DNA of 64,000 nt. Source: Fonticula alba ATCC 38817. Its lineage: Eukaryota; Protista; Nucleariida. The stretch lies in the NCBI GenBank assembly GCA_000388065.2, contig KB932202.1; one strand, written 5' to 3'. Made by a program: the position numbers and the translations under genes. Below, piece by piece: positions 48,539-59,523 of this stretch. Within the stretch, counting starts at the first letter, position 1. Each line of letters begins with the position of its first letter. The notes beneath the pieces are model-generated. The model saw only the letters and a program-made list of their open reading frames with translations, was not told where the DNA came from and searched no databases.

Positions 48539-49620
48539 GCTGGCGCCGGCGGCCGCGAGGCAGCTGCCTGCGCTGGCGCCGGCGGCCGCGAGGCAGCTGC
48601 CTGCGCTGCCGGGGCCGGGTTCCGGGATGGGGGGGCAAGGGCGGCAAAGTCGCATGCGACGAGCGGCCGCCGGGTCAGGCCGACCGCGGCGCCAGGCCCC
48701 GGGTCCAGGAAGAGCGTTTCCACCAGGCACCACTGGCTGGCGGATCGGCCACCGCGACGGCTGAGCGTCAGCACCAGCTGGCATGCATGTCGCGCGCGCA
48801 CGCGCAGGGCCGTGTTTGCCCACTTGCCTGCCGGTGCCCCGGCCTGCGGGCAGCCTGGGCCCGAGGAGGCCGTGTAGGCCAGCAGCCGGGCGGCTCGGGC
48901 CGCTGGGCCATCGGCCCCGAGGAAGGGCCCGGCGTCGGCCGGCACCGGCTCCGGGGCCTCCAGCCCGGGAATGGTGCTGGCAATGTGGCGGCCCTGGCCA
49001 GGGATGGGACCATCCTCGGCGGTCAGCCGGAAGACCGCGGCCGCGGGACGCTCCAGCGCCGCCAGGAGATATGGCCGGAAGAGATCGGCCGGCAGGGACA
49101 CCAGCGACCACACTTCGACGCTGTCTGGGCCAAAGTGCCCGGCCGCCGCGATCTCCAGGGCTCGGGAGACCTCCGACAGCAGCCGCCCCGGGGCGAAAGC
49201 CGGCACATGGTGCGGCTGGGCCCGATCGCCGCGCAGGACCAGCGGCGAGATGTCCTCCAGGAAGAAGAGCACCCGTCGGCGCCACCGCCGAGCCGGCCCC
49301 TCGGAGATGCCGGAGGGCCCGGCCCGGGAGAGGGCCTCCCCCGCGGCGATGGTCAGCTCGGCCGGATCTTCGACCTCCGGGCATCGGAGCCGGAGGAAGA
49401 CCGGGTCATCGGGGCTCGAGGGGCGCAGGGCGATCGGCAGGGTCAGTCGCGCGTAGAGCATCGGCCCGGCCGGCGCGGCCAGTGTGTCGGCCAGCAGCAC
49501 GGTTCTCCCGGGCAGCGACGATAGGAGGGAGCATTCGGCCGTAGGCCGGGCAGAGGCCAGCTCACCAAGGAGCCCCGGGGCCAGGAGCTCGAACCGGTGC
49601 CCGGCGACAGCGGCAGACAT
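48106..49620 (-). CDS. ELP5: Elongator complex subunit 5 (Elp5/Iki1)
   Basis: Apparently intronless ORF. The C-terminal signature VSFSLGLSEAERRARADVELPF...LIEYVYDEGDDFDEDEPDEDLEL matches the Elp5 tail pattern, and LSRRGGR resembles the conserved RRxxGR motif. The N-terminal part is divergent. Confidence 0.8.
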
Positions 49621-51096
49621 CGGGGGGGAGGCGGAGCGGCGGGACAGCGACACAGGGCACCGGGCTGGAGGCGAGCGCGGGAGGGGGCCGGCAGAGGAGG
49701 AGGCGAAAGGGACAACGAGGCGTGAAAGGCAAGGGGGCGAGGGGTGCCGGGGGCGTGGGGCCGGCCCCGGGCGCGCGGCCCGCAGGGCGCCGGCATCTGA
49801 GCCGGGCCGGGCCGACTGAGCGTGGGTACTTTCCGGGGGTCACGTTGCAATCACGCATTTTCGGGAATCACCCAAAAAGCGTCGCAGTCGCCCCCCTCTC
49901 TCCTCCCCCCCCCCCCCCGGGGTCACCCGGAGAGGAGGCGGGCGTGGGACGCGCGCGGGTGGGCCCGTACGCTTCACTGGTTGGCGGGTGCGAGGCGGCC
50001 ATAGAGGGAGACCGGCCGGGGAAGCACCGGGGCGGACGGTGATGAACAGGGCCCCGACGCGGGCAGGGGCGGAGAGACCTGTTGGGAGCGCGTATGGCAG
50101 ATAATGCCGAAGCGATATAGGCCCGCCAGGGCGTCGGGAAATGTGGCCTTGATTTATTTCTTCGTCATACTGTGGCGCCCACGCCCAGGCGCTTGCCGCT
50201 GGCTGGCGCACTCCCAGCACTTTGGTCCTGGAGGCTGCTCTTGGCCTTCTCGCCCGGGGCTGGGGCCTCTCTGGTGGGGCTATCTTTCTGCTTTTATCGG
50301 CCCCCCAGTGCGTGGACCAAAAAACAGCCCACCATACGCAGGGGCCCTCTCGGCCGGCCGGCCGGCCCGGCGGGCTGGCAATAATGTTCCCCCACGCGCG
50401 GCACATGCACCAGCCAAGGGCTGCCCGCCGCCCTGAATGCCGCGGGTAAAGGGCGGGGGGGGGGGGCGGGACGAACAGACAGGCGAGGGGGGAGGGGGGA
50501 CAAAAAGAAGGAAAAGACAAGAGAGGCGGAAGAGGGCCGGGAGGCCGCGGGCGGCCCGCCCCGCCCGCCGGGGTGCGGAGGGGGTGGGGCGCCCGGGCGG
50601 GGGGGGGGGGGCGGCATACGGGGCGGGCGGGGGGGGGGGGGGGGGGGGGGCATTGGCCGCCGGAGGGAGACGCCGACCGAGCCGAGCCGAGCCGAGCCGG
50701 GCCGCCCGATGCGCCGGACTGCCGGCCCCGCCCGGGATGGTTGGCGTGCGCCTTTTTTTGTGGACGCCCTCTGGCCTCCGGGGCGCCTCGCGCACCCGGG
50801 GCGGCAATCAGCTCCTTACTCTCCGGGCCGGGCTTTCCCCCTCCCCCTCTTTCTCCGGCTCACCGCGCGCCCCCTCCCCCCTCTCTCCCCCCTCCCCCCT
50901 GCCTCCTTCCCGCCGTCCACTCGCCGCTCGCGCCCCTCCCGGTCGGTCACCACCAGCGTAAAGCGCGTCCGGACGCCGGGACATTCGCACACTCCCCCTT
51001 CGCCATTGGCGAGCCTGAGCGCGCTCCCGCCTCCTTTCTGCTTCCCCCCCCCCCCCCCCCCCGTCCTCGCCCCCTTCCTGCCCCCCTGCTCCCAAG

Positions 51097-52117
51097 ATGC
51101 GGTTTGCTCCCTTGCGCGTGCCGCTCAAGCGGCGCATGGAGACGCTGGTCCTTTTCTTTTGGACGACACAAATGTTCTGGGCCTCGGTGCTGCTGGCGGT
51201 CATCGCCTTTACACCGCCTCTCTGGCCCATTGCCCTGATTTACTTCGTGTGGATGTGGAACGACAAGGCCCCGTGGAATGGTGGCCGTCCATTCCGCTGG
51301 CTGCGCGCTCACTGGGTACATATGCCATCTTCCCCTTCGCCCAGCCCCCCCCCCCTCCTCCCCTCCCTTTCGCCCTCTCGCCTGGTATCCCCCAGGACAC
51401 CAAGCAAAGGGGTCGCCCCGTGCGAGGCTCCGACGCGCTCTCTCTCTCTCTCTCTCTCTCTCGGGGGTGCTCCGCCGCCCCGCTCTCCCCGACGCATGGC
51501 CTCCTTCTCACCGCCCTGTGCCACCTGGCTGTCTCTAGATCTGGGGCCACTTCCGCGACTACTTCCCGGTGACCATTGTCCGCGCATCGCCGGCCCCCTT
51601 CGACACCACGCGCAAGTATCTCTTCGCCTACCACCCCCATGGCGTGATTAGCTTCGGCGCCTTTGCCACCTTCGCCTGTGCGTATCACGGCTTCGATCGG
51701 CTGTTCCCCGGCCTGGCGCTGCGCCTGTGCACGCTGAACAGCAACTTTTGGTTCCCCTTCCTTCGGGACTTCATGCTGTCCATGGGCCTGATCAGGTACT
51801 GGCTCCTCCCCGGCGCGCCCCGGCACGCCCTCGCACGCATGCATCTCCCGGCGCTCGGCCGGCTTGCCATCTTGCCACTGGCTGACCCATGACATCGGGG
51901 GGGGTTACTCCCTGCCCCCTCTCCCGCGCCCGGCCGGCCGGCCGGCAGTGCCGATCGCCGATCCATCCAACGCTCGTTCGACATCGGCGGCCCGGGATCC
52001 TGTGTGGCCCTGGTGGTCGGCGGTGCGGAGGAGGCCCTCGACGCCCGGCCCGGGACCATTGACCTGACCCTGGCCCGCCGGCGTGGCTTCGTTCGCATGG
52101 CCCTGCGCACTGGGTAC

Positions 52118-52157
<40 letters not shown>

Positions 52158-53344
52158 CATGCGCCGCTTTTGGGGGGCTGCTCGGGCCTTCGCCGCCGCC
52201 GCCGCGGCCAGCCGTGCGACGAAGCGGGCACGTGGGCCACTCGCGCCGGGCATCAGCCACTGACCTCTGCATCCTTTCGCGGACTTGCTGCCGCTGCTGT
52301 CGCCCCTCCTCCCATCCCCTGGCCCGATGCAGGTCCTGGCTCGTCCCTGTCATTGCCTTCGGCGAGAACGACGTATACAACCAGCTGGTGGCCAACCCCC
52401 CCGGGTCCCGGGCCCGCGCGGCTCAGTCATGGTTCAAGAAGATCTTCGGCTTTTCGACCCCGCTCTTTTCCGGGCGCGGGGTGTTCAACTATGACTTCGG
52501 CCTGCTGCCCCTGCGTAAGCCGATTGTCGTGGTCATCGGCGATCCGATCCCCCCGCCGGGGTATTCGCCGGCCATCCCGCGCCTGCTGCCCTTGGATTTG
52601 GATGCCGCGGTGGCGGGCATCACGGCGGCCGATGACTCGGCCACCGAGGAGCACGACCCTCGCCCGGTCAAGCCGAGCACCGGGCCGGGGCCGGACCTGG
52701 CGGCCGCCCCGTCGGTGGCCAGCCTTTCGCAGTGTGACACGGCGGCCTGCTCGCCGACGGAGGTCCCGGCGCAGTTGCCGGAGTCCCCCGCCGCCGAGGC
52801 ACGGCCGGCGTCGCCCCCGCCGGCCCCGGTGCCCGGCAAGATGCGCGGCAAGGCCGGGCGCCGGGGTCGCCCGGCTCCCGGGCAGAACAAGTCCGACTCG
52901 GACCTCAGCCTGGCCTCGGTGTCGTCGCTGCCGCCGGGGGCAGGCTCGCCGGAGCGGCCCCGGTCGCCGGGCTCGCCCGAACGGCCCCGGTCGCCGGCCC
53001 CGGTCGCGGCGGCCAGCCCCGAGCCTCCCCCGGCGGAGGAAGCCTCCCGGTCCGCCGCCGAGGCCACCACCACCATCATGGCGTCCGGCGCCCAGGCCGT
53101 GTCGACGGCCGTGGCGTCGGTGCGTACGGCTCGCCGCCGCCGGCAGGCCGGGTCCTCATCCTCGCAGGGGGGCGCCTCCGAGGCGGGTGGCGCGGCCTCC
53201 CGGACCGGCGGCAGCAGCGGCCCCTCAGATCTGCTCATCCAGCAGTACCATGTCCTGTATTGCGAGAAGCTGCTCGAGCTCTACGATCAGTACAAGGACA
53301 TCTATGCGCCGAATCGGTCGCTGGACATGCGCATTGTCCGCTAA
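51097..53344 (+). CDS. DGAT2: Diacylglycerol O-acyltransferase 2 family (DGAT2/MOGAT/Dga1) with a long low-complexity insertion
   Basis: N-terminal PLRVPLKRRMET, hydrophobic hairpin, FRDYFP, YLFAYHPHGV (HPHG motif), VVGGAEEAL, RRGFVRMALRTG, LVPVIAFGENDVY, PIVVVIGDPI, C-terminal YCEKLLELYDQYK. Four exons with canonical sites. Confidence 0.93.
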
Positions 53345-53910
53345 AAGACGCGCTCATAGACACAGGTAGCTAGGCAAGGGGAAGGCCGACAGCGAGAAGT
53401 CACGGAAGGCTTGTGCCGTGCGCCGATGCGTGCGGCGCGAAGCCCGGTGGCCGAGGCGAGGCGTGCATATGCGCTCAGGTGTGCTGCCCGGTGGGGATGC
53501 GCCGCGCACCGGCCGGCCCATGCCCACCATGCCCCCGCACCTCGCGGCAATGCCTGTGCCGCTCCTCGTCTGCCGCTCGTGTGCCACCAAAAAGACAATC
53601 TCCCAAACACCATCCCTCCTTTTTTGGGTGTCTGGCGGGGGGAGAGGGGGTGTACTCGGGGATCGGCGCTGGCGGTTGGCCCTTTGCTGGCGGCTTCGCC
53701 CCCTCGCCCCTTGGGGAGGAGAGCACCGAGAGGTGTGACCTTGGCATGCGGGTGCGTGCAGCAGGCCCTTCTCCCTCTCGCGCCTCTTCCCCAAGAGGCG
53801 TGCCGCGCCCCAAGAACCGCATCCCCCCGTTCGGCCGATCGCCGGCGCGTGGGGTGGGTGTCGTCGGGACACATGCCCGCTCGGGGAGGGCGGGGCAGCA
53901 AAAGGAAATA

Positions 53911-53992
53911 CACCGGCGACAGGATTTGAACCTGTGCGGGCAGAGCCCATCTGATTTCGAGTCAGACTCCTTAACCACTCGGACACACCGGT
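53911..53992 (-). tRNA. tRNA-Ser(CGA), intronless, 82 nt
   Basis: ACCGGTG-TG-TCCGAGTGGTTAAGGA-G-TCTGA-CT-CGA-AA-TCAGA, long variable arm GGGC/GCCC, T arm ACAGG-TTCAAAT-CCTGT, G73 discriminator. Followed by a T-run terminator (TTTCCTTTT). Confidence 0.97.
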
Positions 53993-54023
53993 CGGATGTT
54001 GGGATGCCGGCCGCGAGACGTCC

Positions 54024-54115
54024 ATTTATAGGTTGCGCTTTTGGGCGGGCCGCTCCCCGCGAGGCGAGAGGTTCGCCAATCAAGGAATGGCGGACAATGG
54101 CCTCAACTATAAATA
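54024..54115. promoter_or_regulatory. Divergent TATA-like elements upstream of the two tRNA genes
   Basis: TATAAAT on the minus strand at 54030-54024 (32-38 nt before the minus tRNA). TATAAATA on the plus strand at 54108-54115 (35-42 nt before the plus tRNA). CCAAT at 54076-54080. These A/T elements stand out against the GC-rich background. Confidence 0.6.
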
Positions 54116-54149
54116 CCGAGATGTGGGGCATTCCCCACATGAGAAGTAA

Positions 54150-54231
54150 ACCGGTGTGTCCGAGTGGTTAAGGAGTCTGACTCGAAATCAGATGGGCTCT
54201 GCCCGCACAGGTTCAAATCCTGTCGCCGGTG
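54150..54231 (+). tRNA. tRNA-Ser(CGA), intronless, 82 nt, identical to the minus-strand copy
   Basis: Same cloverleaf; anticodon CGA at 54183-54185; TTTTT terminator at about 54238-54242. Confidence 0.97.
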
Positions 54232-54817
54232 CATTTCTTTTTGGATGCCGATCCGCGGTTCTGCCTTCCCAGCTCGGCGCGCCCGCGCGCACGCCCACAC
54301 CCCGGTTGTTTTGATTTACATTGCCGGCCGGTCTGGCGGCTCTACGGCGCTGAGCCGGGCGCATGCGCGAGCCGGGGGAGGGGGCGGCAGGGCCTTTTTT
54401 CCCCCCCCCCCCCCCCCCCCGCCTCGGGGGCGCCCCCTCCTGCTGGCACCGGGCGTGCGGCCGGCCGAGCGGGCAGGGGCATACCCCAACAGCAACCCCG
54501 GCGCTCGTCTCCCCCTCCCCCCCCCCCGGGAAGGGAACGGGCCCGGGGTAGCACGCCCGAACCGCGACCTCGGGCCGGTGTGTCCTGCCGAAGGGGGAGA
54601 CCCCACAGGAAAACAGCGCGCAGGGGGGGGGGGGGGGGGCGTCGGCAGGAATTCCCCCCCCAAACAAGGGCCAAATTCCGTCGGCACTAGGAACTATTTG
54701 AGACCCCGCGGCCGGAGCCCGGCCGGAGAGTGTGACCGACAGCCAGCACCCTTCCCCCTCTGCCGCCTTCTCTCTTCGCTTTTTGTCGGTATTTCCTCCC
54801 CTCGCAACAACGCCACA

Positions 54818-55910
54818 ATGAGCTCCCACACCAGCACCGCCCAGGTACATCCCCCCCCCCCTCCCTGCCCCCTGCTCCCGTCTCTTGCCGGCTGCCCGGC
54901 CACCTGGCCCCCGCGTGTCGCCCCGTCGCGCTCACCCCCCCCCCCTGCATGGCGGCCGGCCAGCCTGGAGGAATGCCNNNNNNNNNNNNNNNNNNNNNNN
55001 NNNNNNNNNNNNNNNNNNNNNNNNNNNNNNNNNNNNNNNNNNNNNNNNNNNNNNNNNNNNNNNNNNNNNNNNGGGGCGGGGGAGGGGGGGCGGGCGGGGG
55101 GCAGCCTGCCCCGCGCCGCCTTGCCGGGGCGTCCCTTTCTCCCCCCCCCCCCCCCCCCCTCCCCTTGCACGATCCCCGCGCCGCCCTCCCAGGTTGATAC
55201 CTCCATCACCGTCCCCTCCCTCCAGCTGAACTTCAGCGACCCCGAGGTTGTCGCCGCCCTGAAGGCCTTCGTCCATCCCCACTCCAAGTCCACCTGGTCC
55301 GTTGCCCGCCACATGCGCGTGCCTGCTGCTGCGTGGATTTTACAAGTCCCGAGCCTTACCCCCCCGCCCCCTTTCCCCGCGCCATCCATTCCCATTGCAT
55401 ACGCAGGATTCTTCTCCAGTACTCCTCGGAGATCAACGCCCTGACCCTGGCCGGAACCGGCGAGGAGGAGGCCGGTGAGGAGGCCCTGCGTTCCCTGCGC
55501 GACGAGCTGAGCGACGCCCACGTCATGTACGGCTGCGTGCGCGTGTCCGTTGTCGGCGGTGGCGAGCGCAGCAAGACCGCCTTCGTGGTCTGGGTCCCGG
55601 CCGGTGTCCCGACCGTCATCAAGGGCATGGTCCACCACCACATCAAGTCCGTCAGCGAGTTCATGCGCGTACGTGCCTCCCTCCTGCTCCCTCCGCCCGC
55701 CCGCCCCGGCGGCCCTTCCTCCTGCATGGGTCCTCGTGCACTCACTGACCGATCGGTTGTGCCACCTCCATCACCGGCTGCCGACGCCATCGCCGCACAT
55801 GCGCACCCGTGCAGCCGTACCACCTCCAGATCGACGCCCGCGAGACCAGCGATCTCGACTTCGAGACCGTGCACGATCGTTGCGAGCGCTCCGCCGGTGC
55901 CCGCTACTAA
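54818..55910 (+). CDS. Coactosin-like ADF-H (actin-binding) protein
   Basis: Exons 54818-54844, 55193-55296, 55407-55668, 55815-55910 splice in frame. KSTWILLQY, LAGTG, LRDELSDAHVMYGCVRV, RSKTAFVVWVPAGVP, final AGARY-TAA: ADF-H/coactosin pattern. Confidence 0.85.
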
Positions 55911-56569
55911 GCACCTACGCCCCTCGGCAGGGGGTGGTGCCATCATCGCATGTCCCCCCTCGCCTGGGCTGTCTGCGCCCGGCTGCCGGCCGCCTGTGCC
56001 CTGCCACGCCTGCTGAACAGGCTTGGCCGGGGCGCGAGGGCCAAAGAGACACCGAGACCGAGCGAGACCCCGCCTCGCTCCCGGGGCAACGGTGTTACCA
56101 CCGCCGGCCGCCAGCGCGCGCCCCATCCACCCTCGACGATTCTCCCTCTCCCCCTCCTCCCTCTCGCCGGTGTGCCTGAGCGCATCCCCCCCCCCCCCCC
56201 CNNNNNNNNNNNNNNNNNNNNNNNNNNNNNNNNNNNNNNNNNNNNNCCCCCCCTCCCTTCTCCTCCTCCACGCACACGCACCTGTCATTCATCAATCATC
56301 ACAATACACCAAATTCCATCCAGCCTCAGATTCAGCAGGCCTGTACGGCCGGCGGCGGCCGGCCCTGGTGAGGAATCACGTGTGGCTCCGGCACAGCGAG
56401 GCGACCGGGGACGCGAAGGACGCGCGGAGCACCTCCCTGGAGGCAGAAGGCCAAGCACGCTGGCCGGGGGGGTTCGCCCCTTCGAAGGGGGGGGGATATA
56501 TTCCCCGGCTCGCCTGTTCCCGCTGACACCCTCTTCTCTGGCCGCCGCTCATTCACTCATCGACCAAGC

Positions 56570-57438
56570 ATGCCTCCCGCGAGCTGTGCTGCCAAGGCCG
56601 GGACACCGGCGGATGACTGCCTTGTCTGTCGATCGCGGCCCGGCGGTCTGACCCAGGTACCCCCAAGCGTCCTTGTCCATGGTTCGTCAAAGAGCATCGC
56701 CTTCTCTCGGGCTGGGGGGGGGTTCTCTGCTGTGCATGCACGAATGGGCAGGCCCATTCCCACATACATGCACACATGCATGCTTGCATGCTTGCTATAC
56801 AGATGTGTGCGTGTGCGCGCGTGTGCCTGTACATTGACCCTTGTCATCGATAGCCGGCGGTGGGTCGCTTGTGCCCGGGTCGCTGGCCGAGCGTCAGGCG
56901 CTGCTTGCCTGCCGGCGGGCTGCCCGAGCAGCCCTCCAGCAATTGGCCCGCTGTCCGGGGCACCTGCCGACCGGCTGCACCAGGCTACCGATGGATGAGG
57001 CATCGGCCGCGCTCGAGGCCGCCGTGGCCGCGGCCGAGGTCCTCGAGCGCAGCACCGGCCCCAATGCCGGCCTGGACAGCACGCTCACCCTGCGGACTGG
57101 ACGCGTTGAGGCCGATGCCGCGGTCATGTGCGGTCGGGCGGGGGATTTCGGCGGCCTGGCCGCGTGCCCGGGGATCTTGCGGCCCGTTCGATTGGCTTTG
57201 GCCGTCCTCCAGCGCTCTCGGGCCGGCTCCGGCTCGGGCCTCGATCCCGGCGGTCGAGTGCTCCCCTGGTACGCGGGCCCCCGCCCCTGTCATGTCCCTT
57301 TGCCATTCAGCACGCATTCCCTTCTGAATGTGTCCCTCCTGCGTGTGCTTATTTACACCTGTCCGCGCATGTACACACACATGCACACATGCACACATGC
57401 ACACATGCACACATGCACACATGCACACATGCACACAT

Positions 57439-57475
<37 letters not shown>

Positions 57476-58868
57476 CACGCACACACACACACATACACAC
57501 ACACACACACACATACATGCACGCATACACACACGCGCACGCACATGCACGCATACACACATGCACACACACACACACATGCACGCATACACACACGCGC
57601 ACGCACACACGCAACGCACGCACCTCCCCATAGTCTTCTCAGTGGTGAGGGCGGCTGGACGCTCGGTCGAGAGCTCGATGCATCCAAATACCCTTGCTCT
57701 GAGGAGCCACTCGTGGTCGACCGTCCCACATACGCTGAGGCCCTGGTCTCCGGGGCCCTAGTCACTGGTCCGTCACCTGCCGGCCCACCCTCCTGCCTCC
57801 CATTCGAACGTGGCAACCACTGACCCCCATGAGCACGGTGTGCTCTCGGGCCGGGCGTTGGAACCCCCGCAGAAAAGCGTGCTGCTCAGCGCATTCGGCT
57901 CCTGGATGTCTACGCTCGGAATGCCAAACGGGCACGGCTTTCCCCGGCGGCCCACCCGGGCAATGCCCATGCCGAAGTGCCAGCCTCAGGACGCGAGCCG
58001 GCGCCTTCGGACTCCCCGGCCAGTGTCCCGCCAGGTGGCGACACGATCGGCGTTTGTGTCATCGACGGGGCCGGGCGAGTTGCCTGCGCCACTTCCTCCG
58101 GTGGCATTTGGCTCAAGGAGGAAGGCCGTGTGGGATCGGTGCGTGTGGTGGGGCCCTGCCGAGGCTGGCCGGTGGGCGTTGGGCTCCTCGCCAGCGCATC
58201 CCCCCTAACCGCCATCGCCCACCATGTAGAGCCCCCTGCTGGGGGCCGGACTCTATGCCAGCGCCTTTCGCAGGGAGTCCGGACGGTACGGCCCCAGGCC
58301 CATGCCCCCGGTGGGGGTCTGTACCACCGGCCGCGGGGAGCAGATCATTCGCACGCAGCTGGCCCGCGAAATGGCAGATGCCGTCTCCCAAGCGGGAGAT
58401 CCCCTGATCGAGGTCCTGGGCCGGGCATTTCGCCATACCTTCCTCGGTGCGGCCGGCTCGCCCATCGATCACTGTCTTGCCTGCTCCTCCTCTGACCCTC
58501 GGCCTCCCGGCCCTTCTTCTTTCCCTCCCCCACGGTCCAACTTTGCTCCTCCGTGCGGCCCCAGATGCTCCGCAGCTTTCGAGCCACCCTGTCCGGGATG
58601 GGGGTTGCATCGTGATGACTGCCAGCCGCGAAGGTGCGCACATGCCGGCGGTCCTTCACTTTGCATCGGTGTGTCACTGACAGTCGCATGGGGGGGGGGA
58701 GATGCAGATTGCTCAGTGGACATTGGTTGGGCCCACTCCACCGACACGCTACCGGTGGCTTTCGGCCGCCTGGAATGGGATCCCGCCGCCGCTCGGTGGC
58801 GGGTCGGTCGAATTCAGGTGCGCCCACATCGCCGGGCGCTTGGCTTCGTCGCCCAAAAGCCCGTCTAA
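56570..58868 (+). CDS. TASP1: Taspase-1-like threonine aspartase (Ntn-hydrolase, asparaginase-2 family)
   Basis: Spliced VLVHAGGG, NAGLDSTL...EADAAVM, LPCLLSGEG, autocleavage site GD/TIG (Thr codon 58043-58045), ATSSGGIWLKEEGRVG, LLGAG, TTGRGEQIIRTQLARE, WAHSTDTL. The basic KRAR segment before the cleavage site and the WxHST motif favour taspase over isoaspartyl peptidase. Confidence 0.85.
57372..57612 (+). repeat. (CA)n / (CACATGCA)n compound microsatellite in a taspase intron
   Basis: Alternating purine-pyrimidine repeat of about 240 nt with an 8-mer CACATGCA unit followed by (CA)n. Confidence 0.9.
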
Positions 58869-59523
58869 CATCAGCATGTCGACACAGGCCCTCATATCCA
58901 GGCGCCCGGCCCGAGTGAATGCGGGCCCCGGCCTCACCACCGGCGGAGCGCACTTCCCCGGCGTGCAGGCGGCCGATGCCCCCCCCGGGCCAAGCTTGTG
59001 AGGGGCAATAAAAGGAAAGAAGTAAGACCCCTTGGAGGGACGACGGCACATGCAGAATGCAGCAACCATGGCGGCAGATGGAGGGAAAGACAAGGACATT
59101 CACATATATTTACAAACACATATGGTTATGTGGGTGGATGGGCGGGCAGGCAGGCGGGGCGGGCGGGCGCGTACATGTGCGCATGCGTGCGCCGGCCGAT
59201 GGCTGTTCCCCGAGGGGTGCGGAGGCTGGTGGGAACCCTGAAGGGCGGTGTGGGGGGGGTGCCTGTGCATGGGCCATTGTGCAGGCGCGCGAAGGTGACA
59301 TGCCGGCCCATGGCCAGCGGCATGAACGCACACGCACACATATGCATCTACAAGTGAAGGGACGAAAAGAGATGCCTGGGCGTTTGCCTGCGCGGATGGG
59401 CCACATAAGAAGAGCACAGTATCCCAACAGACTGATGGTGGGAGGGGGGGGGGGGGGCAGGGGCGCACACTGGCGCGGCCAGCACGGGACCACGCCCAAG
59501 GTCCCAACATGGGGATCTCCCCC

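Noticed and set aside
48778-48827. Possible GC-AG intron (AG|GCAAGT...CAG) in ELP5
   Set aside because: Its 50-nt length would break a frame that is already open and protein-like on both sides.
46966-49524. 852-aa plus-strand ORF in the ORF track, and similar long ORFs (e.g. 18381-20738, 60780-62030)
   Set aside because: These are antisense shadows or intron read-through in stop-poor GC-rich DNA; the Arg/Gly/Pro-rich translations show no domain motifs, and real genes lie on the opposite strand or in another frame.
50212-50225. TCCCAGCACTTTGG, a 14-nt match to the Alu consensus
   Set aside because: The flanks do not continue as Alu or 7SL, and no SRP helix-8 motif is seen; treated as coincidence.
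53911-54231. tRNA-Sec or suppressor tRNA interpretation of the long-variable-arm tRNAs
   Set aside because: The anticodon is CGA with a standard 7-bp acceptor and 5-bp T stem, as in ordinary tRNA-Ser.
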